DNA of 64,000 nucleotides, taken from NCBI GenBank assembly GCA_964657595.1, contig CAZZVR010000001.1:17580-81579 (forward strand), written 5' to 3'. The notes under the pieces were generated by a model. The model was not told the origin of the DNA and ran no database searches. It saw nothing but the letters and a program-made list of their open reading frames with translations. Shown here one piece after another: positions 30,710-40,535 of the stretch. Numbering within the stretch: the first letter of the stretch is position 1; each line of letters opens with the position of its first letter. This stretch comes from Burkholderia sp. PAMC 26561. GTDB taxonomy: Bacteria > Actinomycetota > Thermoleophilia > Solirubrobacterales > Solirubrobacteraceae. Both the position numbers and the translations under genes were made by a program.

Positions 30710-31596
30710 CGGACTCCCTCGGGGACCGCGTTGGGGACCTGCCAGGGGTCATCCCAGCGATCCCGGACCTTCACGGGTGCGTGGTAACGCATCCCGGGAA
30801 TGGTTCCGCCATCCACCCGGATGTCGGTCCCGGTGATGTAGCCGCCGCCGGCTCCGATGAGAAATTCGACCGTGGCGGCGATCTCCATCGGGTCACCAAC
30901 GCGGCCGAGCGGCGTGTTGCGCAGAGCCTTCACAGCACCGGTGCCATCACCACTCTCGCGCCGACCCATCTCGGTGTCGATCACCCCGGGAGACACCGAG
31001 ACGATGCGGGTTCCGCGCTCAGCGAAGTCCCGCACCTTTCGCTCACAGAGGACGATGACGCCGCGCTTGGACAGCGCATAGGCTGCGCGCTGCTGGCCCT
31101 CACTGGCATCCACCAATTGATCCAGTACGCCCTCACCCAGCGGCTCAGCGAGAAGCTCGTCGTAGCGCTCGGCGCGACGACGATGTCCGGACATCGACGC
31201 GATGCACACCGCGGCCCCGCCCGGCGCGAGCAGCGGGCCGAGTTGCTCGATGATGCGGGCTGTCCCGAGCAGGTTCACCTCGAGAATCGTGCGGGCGTCG
31301 CCCATCGAGGCGGAGACACCTGCAGAGTGGACGAGCGCCCCCACCGAGCCATGCTCGCCGGCGCGCTGAGCCAGCTCTGCGACGGATCCGGAGTCGGCGA
31401 TGTCGCAGGCCTGCAGCGTGACGTCTGCGCCGTCGTGCAGAAGCATGGCCTGGACATCCTCCAGTGCGGCAGCGTTACGGTCGGCCAGCAACAGGCGGTA
31501 GCGAGGTGCCAGACGCTCGGCCACGGCTCGGCCGATGCCGCTGCCGGCACCCGTGATCACCGCCACTCGGGTCTCAACTGAATCCGCCATCTCCAT
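30706..31596 (-). CDS. SDR oxidoreductase (3alpha-HSD/carbonyl reductase-like)
   Basis: TGAGSGIG, HSAGVS, YALSK; start reassigned. Confidence 0.85.
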   Translation of the reverse strand: MEMADSVETRVAVITGAGSGIGRAVAERLAPRYRLLLADRNAAALEDVQAMLLHDGADVTLQACDIADSGSVAELAQRAGEHGSVGALVHSAGVSASMGDARTILEVNLLGTARIIEQLGPLLAPGGAAVCIASMSGHRRRAERYDELLAEPLGEGVLDQLVDASEGQQRAAYALSKRGVIVLCERKVRDFAERGTRIVSVSPGVIDTEMGRRESGDGTGAVKALRNTPLGRVGDPMEIAATVEFLIGAGGGYITGTDIRVDGGTIPGMRYHAPVKVRDRWDDPWQVPNAVPEGVR

Positions 31597-32054
31597 CACC
31601 GCTCCGATCCTGCCGTTGGTGTGCTGAGACCGAGGCGCCGGCGGCGTTCTTGCGCCACGGCATCGACTCGGGTGATCAGAGTGTCCAGCGGTGTCCCGCC
31701 GGGAAAGACATCGGCCACGCCGAGATCCAGCAGGGCTTGACGCTCGGCGTCGGTGGCCACGGTTCCCCCGACGACGATCGCAACCTCGTGGCGCATGCCG
31801 CGGCGCTCCAGTTCGGTCAACAGCGTCTCCGTGAGAGCGATGTGGGCGCCCGAGAGGATGCTCAGCCCGATCACGTCGACGTCCTCCTCGATCGCGGTGC
31901 CGACGATGACCTCGACCGGGACGTGCCGGCCCGTGTAGACGACCTCCATCCCGCCGTCGCGTAGTGCGCGGGCCACGATCCGGGCGCCGCGGTCGTGCCC
32001 ATCCATCCCGATCTTCGCGACGAGCACGCGTACTGGCCAATCCATGGAGCTCAC
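31596..32054 (-). CDS. Acyl-CoA mutase cobalamin-binding small subunit
   Basis: GMDGHDRG, GLSILSG, VGG. Confidence 0.93.
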   Translation of the reverse strand: MSSMDWPVRVLVAKIGMDGHDRGARIVARALRDGGMEVVYTGRHVPVEVIVGTAIEEDVDVIGLSILSGAHIALTETLLTELERRGMRHEVAIVVGGTVATDAERQALLDLGVADVFPGGTPLDTLITRVDAVAQERRRRLGLSTPTAGSER

Positions 32055-33682
32055 AGTCGTCCGCCTTCTTGATAGCGGCCGAAGACGTCAGCGAGCACCC
32101 GGACGCACTCGCCAACGGTGGCGCCCGCGGTGACGGCCGTCTCGAGCGGCCAACAGACGTTGCGCTCCTCTCGAGCAGCTGCGCTCACGTCCGCCAAGGC
32201 GGTGCTGACGGCGCCGGAATCGCGCCGCGCCCGATGGGCCTGCAGCGCCTCGACCTGACGGCGAGCGATAGCGTCGTCGGTCTCGTGCAGATGGGCAACC
32301 TCGAACGCGTCCGCCTCCCCACTGCCCTCGCGAACGAAGGCATTGACGCCGACCACCGGGATCTCACCGCTGGCGATGCCCTTCTCAAGTTCGTAGGCAC
32401 GGTCGTAGAGGACGCTGATGAGCCATCCGTCCTCGACGGCGCGAACCACGCCTCCGTGTTCATCGATCTCCTCGATGAACTGACGCATCCGGCTCTCGCA
32501 TTCATCGGTCAGCGCCTCAACGTAGTAGGACCCGGCGAGGGGATCCACAGTGGAGGGAACTGCCGTTTCGTAGGCGATGATCTGCTGGGTTCGCAGAGCG
32601 ATCCTCTGGGCATCTTCGGTCGGGATGTCGTAGGCCTCGTCGAACCCGATGATGGTGATCGCCTGAGCTCCGCCGAGCACTCCGCCGAGGCAGGCGAGGG
32701 TGCCTCGGACGATGTTGTTGTAGGGCTCCTGACGAGTGAACATCTGGTTGTTCGATGAGTTGAACAGTCGAAACTTCAGGGCGTTCTCGTCGTCGATGCC
32801 GTACCGCTCGTTCAGGAGTCGCGCCCAGAGACGGCGCCCAGCACGGATCTGAGCTGCCTCGAACAGCGGATCCTGGCGCGCCGCGAACAGGAAGCTGAAG
32901 CGGGAAGCGATCTGACAGACATCGAGCCCCCGGGCAACCGCCTGTCCGAGATACAGCAGAGCGTTGCTGAGCACGATCGCCAGGGCCTGTACTCCCGTCG
33001 CCCCGGTGTCGCGGATGTGACTGCCCGACACGCTGATCGGATAGACCGACGGCATCTCGCTCGCGCAGAACTCGATCACGTCTCCCGCAAGTCGTACGGA
33101 CTCGGTCGGCGGGAAGATGAACGCTCCGCGCGAGAGGAACTCCTTCATCATGTCGTTCTGGAACGTGCCGCGGATCACCGAGGGCTCGATGCCCTGTTTG
33201 CGAGCCAGCGCCGACAGCATCGCGGCGATCACGGGTGCGGTTGCGTTGATCGTGAAGCTCGGATTGGCCTCCTGGAGCGAAATCCCGTCGAACAGAGCTT
33301 CGAAGTCGTCGAGCGTATCCACGGCGACCCCGACACGACCAACCTCCGGGTACGCCACCGGGTCGTCGGAGTCATACCCAAGCTGGGTGGGCAGATCAAA
33401 CGCGACGCTGAGCCCGGTCTGACCGGCGCTCATCAGCGAGCGGAAGCGCTCATTCGTCGCACGCGCGTCACCAAACCCTGAGTATTGGCGCATGGTCCAG
33501 AGCCGCTTGCGGTACATCTCCGCGTGGATGCCTCGTGTGAACGGGAACTTTCCGGGCTCACCGATGTTCGGGTCGATAATGCCGTCGCGCGGGCCATAGA
33601 CCACGTCTACGGGAATGCCCGACTCCGTCTCGGTAGGCGGCATGAGCTTCCTATCTCTCACCTCCGGTGTCATGTCCCTCAC
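32051..33682 (-). CDS. B12-dependent acyl-CoA mutase large subunit (MCM family, atypical active site)
   Basis: PFTRG, WTMRQYSGF, AFDLPTQ, QND, DPLAGSYYVE. Confidence 0.92.
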   Translation of the reverse strand: MRDMTPEVRDRKLMPPTETESGIPVDVVYGPRDGIIDPNIGEPGKFPFTRGIHAEMYRKRLWTMRQYSGFGDARATNERFRSLMSAGQTGLSVAFDLPTQLGYDSDDPVAYPEVGRVGVAVDTLDDFEALFDGISLQEANPSFTINATAPVIAAMLSALARKQGIEPSVIRGTFQNDMMKEFLSRGAFIFPPTESVRLAGDVIEFCASEMPSVYPISVSGSHIRDTGATGVQALAIVLSNALLYLGQAVARGLDVCQIASRFSFLFAARQDPLFEAAQIRAGRRLWARLLNERYGIDDENALKFRLFNSSNNQMFTRQEPYNNIVRGTLACLGGVLGGAQAITIIGFDEAYDIPTEDAQRIALRTQQIIAYETAVPSTVDPLAGSYYVEALTDECESRMRQFIEEIDEHGGVVRAVEDGWLISVLYDRAYELEKGIASGEIPVVGVNAFVREGSGEADAFEVAHLHETDDAIARRQVEALQAHRARRDSGAVSTALADVSAAAREERNVCWPLETAVTAGATVGECVRVLADVFGRYQEGGRL

Positions 33683-34686
33683 GTCCTTTCTGTCGTCTGC
33701 AGTGAGCGCAACAGGGCGGTCTGTCTGTCGCGAACGAAGGTGAAGATGTTGGACAGAACCTCGGGGCGCACTCGGCCCGCCTCCAAGTCTTGCGCCGCCT
33801 GCACCAGCACCGCGCGCCCGCGCGGGTCGGCCAGGCGCTTGCGAACGGTCGCGATCGCGTCCTCAAGCAGCCGCCGCTGGCTGCGATCCCGATCGATCTC
33901 AACGCCGCTGGCCGTCAGCCATTTGACGCGCTGTTCGACTGCCTGCACGACCTCATCGATGCTCTCGCGATGCAGGGAGTCGGTCTTGATGATCGGGACA
34001 CGCCACGCGTCCGGGTCGTGGCTGGCACCGATCGCGAGCATCTGACGCAGATCCCCGACGGTCTTGGCGGCGTCGGGAAGATCGGCCTTGTTGACGACGA
34101 ATACATCCGCCAACTCGTTCAGCCCGGCCTTGTCTGCTTGTACGCCGTCGCCCATTCCGGGTGCGGTGACCACCACCGTCACGTCAGCCAGGTTGCAGAC
34201 GTCGACCTCCGATTGTCCGACACCGACCGTCTCGATCAACAGCCAGTCAAATGGCGCTGCAGCCAAGATCGCGATGCACGCCGGAAGCGCCGCCGACAGG
34301 CCGCCCAGATGGCCGCGGGAGGCGAACGAGCGAATGAACACTCCGTTGTCGTCGTTGTGAGCAATCATGCGCAATCGGTCCCCCAGCAGGGCGCCACCGC
34401 CCCGAGGAGATGAGGGGTCAACCGCCACCACCGCGACTCGGGAACCGTGCCGACGGAGCTCACCAGTCACTGCATTGACCAGCGTGGATTTTCCGACGCC
34501 GGGCGCGCCGGTGAAACCGACCACGACCCGCGAACTGCGGAGACCCGCCAGTTCTCGACTCAGTTCCTCACCGGCCGCGGAACCGTTCTCGACCAGCGTC
34601 AGCACTCGAGCGAGCGAGCGACGATCGCCGTCACGTGCGCCCGCCGCGAGCGCGGACAGGTCAGCCTGCATGGTCTGGTTCATCAC
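33679..34686 (-). CDS. meaB: MeaB/ArgK GTPase mutase chaperone
   Basis: GAPGVGKST, DPSS...GALLGDR, ETVGVGQSE, NKAD. Confidence 0.92.
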   Translation of the reverse strand: MMNQTMQADLSALAAGARDGDRRSLARVLTLVENGSAAGEELSRELAGLRSSRVVVGFTGAPGVGKSTLVNAVTGELRRHGSRVAVVAVDPSSPRGGGALLGDRLRMIAHNDDNGVFIRSFASRGHLGGLSAALPACIAILAAAPFDWLLIETVGVGQSEVDVCNLADVTVVVTAPGMGDGVQADKAGLNELADVFVVNKADLPDAAKTVGDLRQMLAIGASHDPDAWRVPIIKTDSLHRESIDEVVQAVEQRVKWLTASGVEIDRDRSQRRLLEDAIATVRKRLADPRGRAVLVQAAQDLEAGRVRPEVLSNIFTFVRDRQTALLRSLQTTERT

Positions 34687-35365
34687 GCTGCAGCACCCTC
34701 AGTCCGCGCAGACTCGCTCGCATCCCACTCACCGCAGTGGGATCGCCTTGGAGCAGCCGCTCGGTCCAATCAATGACCAGCGCATCGAGGGCCACGGCGT
34801 CGGCTGCGACTGCGTGCACCAGGCCCCACGTCGCTGCGTCTGCTGCCTCGATCTTCTCGCCCAGCAGAGCGATTCGTGTCGTTGCCGTCAGTCCGATGGC
34901 GTCCACATAGCGAGCGAGCCCCTGCCGCGGGTAGTCGATCCCCAAGCGTGCGGCAGGCAGACGGAACACACTGCCGGCAGAGCAGACCCGGAGGTCGGCC
35001 GCCAGGACCAATTCGATGGCCGCACCGATGCACAGGCCGTCGATGCTCGCGATCGTCGGCGCTGGGCAGGACTCCACGGCTGCCACCACGCAAGACACGG
35101 CTTCTCGCATGGCCGCAACACTCTCGGAATCCGTGATCGCTCTGAGATCAGCACCAGAGGAGAACGCCCCCGAGCCATCGCCGGTCAGGACGACGACCCG
35201 CGTGCCGTTGGGCAGGTGGAGCAGCGCATCCGTGAGCGTCTGCAGCATCGCCGCCGTCAATGCGTTTCGCGCCCGAGGGTGAACGATCGTGAGACGCAGC
35301 ACGCCGGCAGACGATTCTGAGCGAATGTGCGCCGGGTCCGACGGCACGGCGAGCGCGCTATCCAC
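34661..35365 (-). CDS. Enoyl-CoA hydratase/isomerase family protein
   Basis: RNAL, FSSGADL, CIGAAIEL...DLR; GTG start with a GGAGAGAGG RBS-like sequence. Confidence 0.85.
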   Translation of the reverse strand: MDSALAVPSDPAHIRSESSAGVLRLTIVHPRARNALTAAMLQTLTDALLHLPNGTRVVVLTGDGSGAFSSGADLRAITDSESVAAMREAVSCVVAAVESCPAPTIASIDGLCIGAAIELVLAADLRVCSAGSVFRLPAARLGIDYPRQGLARYVDAIGLTATTRIALLGEKIEAADAATWGLVHAVAADAVALDALVIDWTERLLQGDPTAVSGMRASLRGLRVLQRDEPDHAG

Positions 35366-35392
35366 CTGGGCTATGCCTCTCTCCACTCCGCA

Positions 35393-35421
35393 AGTGTAAG
35401 TAACGTCCAGAGTCTTGTCAA
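35393..35421 (-). promoter_or_regulatory. SigA-like promoter of the 11-gene mutase operon
   Basis: Minus strand TTGACA-17 bp-TACACT. Confidence 0.65.
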
Positions 35422-35455
35422 CGTTTGATTTGACGACCTTTAACGGGAGCTCGAC

Positions 35456-36325
35456 ATGATCTTGATGAAGCAGATCGATGGTCTCGGAGTGGCCGAAGCT
35501 CCTCGCTTTCATCCCCGATGGGGCTTTCTCTTCTCCGACATGACCCACGGCGGTGTGCACACGTTCTCGCATCTGGACGACTCGGTGACCGTCACGACGC
35601 TGATCCCCCACCGTCGAGCCATCGGGGGGATAGCGGTGCACGCCGCGGGGGGACTCGTCGTGACGGGACGCGCGGTCACCTGGCGGCACGGAGCAGGCCT
35701 GGAGGGACGGACGGATCTGCTGACGCCCCAGCCGGATGAGGAGTTCTTCAACGACATGTGGACCGACCGAGCCGGACAAATCTACGTCGGCTCACTCGGC
35801 CGGCTCGACGACACGGGGCGCCGGCCACCTGGCCGCTTCTACCGAATCGCGCTCGATGGGACACCGGAGGTGATCGCCGACGACATCGAGGTCTCCAACG
35901 GCATTACCGGGTCACCCGACGGTCGCTGGGTCTACCACGCCGACACCGGTGCTCAGGTGATCTGGCGGTACCGCGCCAGCGGTGGCGGACTAGCGGAACG
36001 CACTGAGTTCTGCGACCTCAGGGGCAGAGAAGGCGCGCCCGATGGGCTTTCCATCGCTGCCGACGCCACACTCTGGGTGGCCATGGCAGGTGCCGGCGTC
36101 ATCCTGCATCTTGACGAGCGCGGCCGAGCGATCGGAGAACTCCGGGTGGGACAGCCGTTGGTGACGGGGCTGTGCTTCGGGGGCGACGATCTCACGACGT
36201 TCGCCGTGACAACCGGTGTCCTCGATGATGGTGACGAGGGGTCGGGCAGTGTCTACCTGGCCACTGCCGTCGCCCCTGGTGCCCCAGCCCACGAGTCCCG
36301 AGTGCGACCCCCTCAGGCACCCTGA
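35456..36325 (+). CDS. SMP-30/gluconolactonase-family lactonase
   Basis: AEAPRF, FNDM, SNGI, PDGL. Confidence 0.87.
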   Translation: MILMKQIDGLGVAEAPRFHPRWGFLFSDMTHGGVHTFSHLDDSVTVTTLIPHRRAIGGIAVHAAGGLVVTGRAVTWRHGAGLEGRTDLLTPQPDEEFFNDMWTDRAGQIYVGSLGRLDDTGRRPPGRFYRIALDGTPEVIADDIEVSNGITGSPDGRWVYHADTGAQVIWRYRASGGGLAERTEFCDLRGREGAPDGLSIAADATLWVAMAGAGVILHLDERGRAIGELRVGQPLVTGLCFGGDDLTTFAVTTGVLDDGDEGSGSVYLATAVAPGAPAHESRVRPPQAP

Positions 36326-36377
36326 AAGCAAGTGCTTGTTTGTTAGCATCCCGCCGCCCGTTCGAATCAGGAGAGAG

Positions 36378-36950
36378 ATGCCAATGGACAAGATCCGCCG
36401 CGTGATCGCCGCAGTTGATGCGCAGGGAAAGTCGGTGTTCGTCAGCGATGAAGAGGTACCCGCCATCGCTCCACCGATCCTCGGAGGGGCGCAGCTGATC
36501 GATCTGTTCGGTCAGGATGAGACACCGACGGTCCCCTTCGACGGCTCCCACGACGAGGCCCGTCGCTACTTTCCTCCGTCGGGCGGCTATCGATACACGC
36601 TGTTCAGCTATCCCCCACAGGCTCAGATGGTCGTGCCGGACGACCTCGAGGCAGCGATCGCCGAGAGCGCCCAGCTCGCTCCCGGGCTCGAGGATGCCGT
36701 GTCTCAGCCCGACGGATGGCACTACACCGCGACGGTCGACCTCGAATACGTCATCGAGGGCGAGTTCACCCTCTACCTCGACGACGGCGCGAAGAAGCTG
36801 TTGAAGGCTGGCGACTGCATCGTGCACTGCGGCGAGAAGCACTCGTGGGTCAATGAAGGCACCGAGCAGGCGACGATGCTGCTGATCTTCATCGGCGCCA
36901 ACCAAGAGGAAGCGCGCTTTCAGACCTACCGCATCCAGCCAACCGCCTGA
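36378..36950 (+). CDS. Cupin-domain protein
   Basis: HYTATVDLEYVIEG...LKAGDCIVHCGEKHSW. Confidence 0.85.
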   Translation: MPMDKIRRVIAAVDAQGKSVFVSDEEVPAIAPPILGGAQLIDLFGQDETPTVPFDGSHDEARRYFPPSGGYRYTLFSYPPQAQMVVPDDLEAAIAESAQLAPGLEDAVSQPDGWHYTATVDLEYVIEGEFTLYLDDGAKKLLKAGDCIVHCGEKHSWVNEGTEQATMLLIFIGANQEEARFQTYRIQPTA

Positions 36951-36997
36951 GCCTGTGACTGCAGGCCGAATCAGCTGACCCGGGTCCTCAAGCGGTT

Positions 36998-37837
36998 TCA
37001 CCTCACGGCGACACCCCCATCAATCGGAACGGATATGCCCGTCACGAACGCGGCGTCATCCGAGGCGAGCCACGCAACCACGCTGGCGATCTTCTCCGGA
37101 GGGATCATTCCTGGATCGGGCAACGGCAGGATCGGTTGAAACGACGTCAGAAACAGCCGTGAATCCGCCGTCTCCGCGCCACCGCTCAGCGCGACGGGAC
37201 CCGTCGGATCGTTGGCCATGATCGTGTTTACGGGGCCGGGGTCGATGGTGTTGACCCGGATGCCGAACTCACCGAGTTCCTGGGCCCAGACCTTCATCAG
37301 CCCGTGCACCCCGTGCTTTGCCGCGGCATAGGCGCCGCAGAACGGAAGCCCCTTGATGCCCGCAGTCGACCCCGTCATCACGATCGAGCCGCCGCGGCCG
37401 CCCTCGACCATTCGGCGACCGAACACCGAGACGGTGTTGAAGACGCCGGAGAGATTGGTGTCGATCAGACGCGACCAGCTCTCCCAGTCCGTGTCGAGGA
37501 GCTTTGCGTACGAGCAAATGGCGGCATTCGCCACGATCACGTCGATGGCGTCAAATCCGGCCGTCGACGCCTCGCTGAGCACCGTCTCCAACGAGCTGGC
37601 GTCCGTCACGTCGCCCACCATGGCGAAGCACCTCCGGTCGGCCTCCTCGACGAGGCGCACCGTCTCGTCCAGATCCTCTCGGCTACTGAGCGGGTATCCA
37701 ATCCCCGGGGCGTTGGCGCATATGTCGATCGCCACGATGTCGGCGCCCTCCTGTGCGAGACGGACAGCATGGGCCCTGCCCTGGCCACGTGCCGCACCGG
37801 TGATCACTGCCGTCTTTCCAGCAAGTCTCATGGTCAC
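36998..37837 (-). CDS. Mycofactocin-coupled SDR oxidoreductase
   Basis: ITGAARGQGRAHAV, DIC insertion, YAAAKHG. Confidence 0.9.
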   Translation of the reverse strand: MTMRLAGKTAVITGAARGQGRAHAVRLAQEGADIVAIDICANAPGIGYPLSSREDLDETVRLVEEADRRCFAMVGDVTDASSLETVLSEASTAGFDAIDVIVANAAICSYAKLLDTDWESWSRLIDTNLSGVFNTVSVFGRRMVEGGRGGSIVMTGSTAGIKGLPFCGAYAAAKHGVHGLMKVWAQELGEFGIRVNTIDPGPVNTIMANDPTGPVALSGGAETADSRLFLTSFQPILPLPDPGMIPPEKIASVVAWLASDDAAFVTGISVPIDGGVAVR

Positions 37838-38255
37838 GTTGACTCCCTCTGTTGCATGCGATCGCACGCCCACAACAAGCGCTTGGTCAGATTTGCCCGC
37901 GGCCGTCCCGCGCTTCGTCATCACCGAGAATGCCGGCAGAGCAGGCCGGATCAGCCACCGGACCGGGCCCTCATCTGACACTAACGAGAGCGACCCCCTC
38001 TGAGACTTGAACAATCATTTGTTTCTGTGGTACGGTGCCGTTTGCCAGAGGAGAGGCAACGTGTAGGGATAGGTCACCGTTCCGTGCGCGGAGCCGGTGA
38101 CGGGCCGGAGGTCGTGCGTGTGAGTGGTGCCCCTGGGGCATTGGGTCGCTCTACGAGACTGGCCCTCGCGGTCGGAAGGGGCGTTCGCGAACTCACCCTC
38201 ACGGGCAACCTTGAGCCTGGCGCGTCCGAGGGAATCTGAGGGAAGGAGCTGTTTA

Positions 38256-39431
38256 ATGTTTGTTTTTCGGTCTCGCGTGCGGTCGTCGTTGACGCTGCTC
38301 TGCGGGCTCGCGCTGGTGGCCTTGGTCGCCGCCGGATGCGGATCCAGTTCGAGCAAATCCACGAGCACCCCGGCCAGTTCGTCAACGCCGGCGTCATCAT
38401 CATCGTCATCGAGTGGAAGCAGCTCCACGGCCGCTCTCGCCGCGAGCGTCAAGGCGTTCACGACGAACCCGTCCACGATCTTTCCGACCAAGCCGGTCGG
38501 CAAGACGATTCCGACCGGGAAGACGATCGTCTACGTCAACTGCGGACAGCCTGCCTGCACCGCAGAAGGCGCGTCGGTCACGGCTGCGGCAGCCGTCCTG
38601 GGCTGGAAGGTCACGACCATCAACGCCTCGCCCACGCCGGCGGGCATCCAGAACGCGTTCCAGCAGGCCATTCGCGACAAGCCCGATGCAGTCGCTTCGG
38701 CGGGCTTTGCGGCCAACCAGTACCCGAAGCAGGTTGCCGCGCTGAACGCGGCCAAGATCCCGGTCCTCTCCTCCGCAGGCACCGACGCCACCGGCGCCAA
38801 CGGCATTGCGCTGCAGCTGGCGGGTCCGAGCTCTGAAGCCGCAGCGGCCAAGATCCTGGCTGACCAGGCGTTGGTGGACGCGGGCGGCAAGGGTGAGTTC
38901 GCCAGCGTACTGCTCACCGGATATCCGATCCTGGTCGCCCAGCAACAGGGCTGGGTCAACGAGATCAAGGCCAAGTGCCCGTCGTGCACGCAGAAGTCGC
39001 TGACCCTGGCGCCAACGACCATCGGCACCACCGCAGCCGGGACGATCGCCAACTTTTTGCGGGCGAACCCCAATGTCAAGGGCATGCTGCTCACCTACGA
39101 CCTGCTCGGTGAGGGCCTCAAGCAGGCCGTCGCGGGTGCGGGTGGCACCTACCCGGACACCTACTCCTGGGCGCCGGATGAGCCAGGCCGCCAGGCCCTC
39201 GCCGACGGTGAGCGCACGGCGTCCATCCCGCTCGACTACATCAACGAGGGCTGGGAGACGGTGGACGCGATGGCGCGTATCTTCACCGGCCAGTCACCCG
39301 CACCCGATGAGAACCTGGAGCGGTTCGTCCTGTGGTCCAGCAAATACAACAACGTCCCGACCCCGGCCAGCGTAACGCCGGTCATCGTCAAGGGCTACGA
39401 GGCGCAGTACAAGAAGCTCTGGGGCAAGTGA
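38256..39431 (+). CDS. CUT2-type ABC substrate-binding lipoprotein 3
   Basis: Lipobox AAGC; close paralog of 21015 (GKTIVYVNCG, YPDTYSWAPD); AAGGAG RBS. Confidence 0.87.
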   Translation: MFVFRSRVRSSLTLLCGLALVALVAAGCGSSSSKSTSTPASSSTPASSSSSSSGSSSTAALAASVKAFTTNPSTIFPTKPVGKTIPTGKTIVYVNCGQPACTAEGASVTAAAAVLGWKVTTINASPTPAGIQNAFQQAIRDKPDAVASAGFAANQYPKQVAALNAAKIPVLSSAGTDATGANGIALQLAGPSSEAAAAKILADQALVDAGGKGEFASVLLTGYPILVAQQQGWVNEIKAKCPSCTQKSLTLAPTTIGTTAAGTIANFLRANPNVKGMLLTYDLLGEGLKQAVAGAGGTYPDTYSWAPDEPGRQALADGERTASIPLDYINEGWETVDAMARIFTGQSPAPDENLERFVLWSSKYNNVPTPASVTPVIVKGYEAQYKKLWGK

Positions 39432-39509
39432 GTCAGCCTCAGGTCTGAAGCATCGGTCCGTCGTCACGCCTCCGGGCGTGGCGACGGTCACGGCGCAGCG
39501 GAACGACAG

Positions 39510-40478
39510 ATGACCAGAAGTCACCCACCACTCGACCCAGAGCTTGCCGCAGTTCTCCCGACCGTGCACCAGGTGCTGCCGCCGGGCATTGCCCCTGACG
39601 ACATCGCCGCCCTGCGAGCCCACCCGATGTTCACGATCGCGGACGAGAGCCTGCGGCGCAACGAGACCGTCGAGCTGGCAAACCTCTCTGTACCAGGGCC
39701 GCTGGGCGCTCCCGATATCTCGCTGCTCGTCCTCACTCCCGTGGGGGTGGGACCGGGGGCCGCGGTGTTCTACTACATGCACGGCGGGGGCATGATCATG
39801 GGTGATCGTCGCACCGGCGTCGACAGGGTGCTCGACTGGGCCCTGGACAACGACGCCGTCGTGGTGTCGGTCGAGTACCGCCTGGCACCCGAGCACCCCG
39901 ACCCAGCGCCCGTCGAAGATTGTTACGCGGGCCTTCGCTGGGTCCATGATCATGCGGCCGAACTTGGCGTCGACGCAGACCGGATCATTCTCGCCGGCCG
40001 AAGCGCAGGCGCCGGTCTCGCCGCTGGGGTGGCCCTGCTCGCACGCGACCGCGACGGACCCGGGATCCGTGGTCAGGTCCTCCTGTGCCCGATGCTCGAC
40101 GACCGGTTCATCACGCCGAGCAGCCACGAGCTCGACGATGAGGGCATCTGGGACGCCACCAGCAACATGACCGGCTGGAACGCACTTCTGGCCGAGCGTC
40201 GGGGCGGCAGGGACGTGAGTATCTACGCGGCGCCAGCGCGGGCCACCGACTTGCACGGTCTGCCCACCGCTTTCATCGACGTCGGTTCGGTCGAGACGTT
40301 TCGCGACGAGGCCATTGACTACGCCACTCGGCTGCTGCGGGCGGGCGTCCAGTGCGAGTTGCACGTCTGGCCGGGCGGGTTTCACGGCTTCGACGGCATG
40401 GCCCCACAGACCTCGCTGTCACAGGCCGCGATTGCAGCTCAAGCCGCATGGGTCCGCAGGCTCATGGCGGCGAGCTGA
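39510..40478 (+). CDS. HSL-family esterase / lactone hydrolase
   Basis: HGGG, GRSAG, HGF. Confidence 0.88.
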   Translation: MTRSHPPLDPELAAVLPTVHQVLPPGIAPDDIAALRAHPMFTIADESLRRNETVELANLSVPGPLGAPDISLLVLTPVGVGPGAAVFYYMHGGGMIMGDRRTGVDRVLDWALDNDAVVVSVEYRLAPEHPDPAPVEDCYAGLRWVHDHAAELGVDADRIILAGRSAGAGLAAGVALLARDRDGPGIRGQVLLCPMLDDRFITPSSHELDDEGIWDATSNMTGWNALLAERRGGRDVSIYAAPARATDLHGLPTAFIDVGSVETFRDEAIDYATRLLRAGVQCELHVWPGGFHGFDGMAPQTSLSQAAIAAQAAWVRRLMAAS

Positions 40479-40535
40479 CCGGTGGGCCAGACCCCACCCA
40501 TCGCTTACGCACATCAACCAGGTCAAAGGAGAGAT

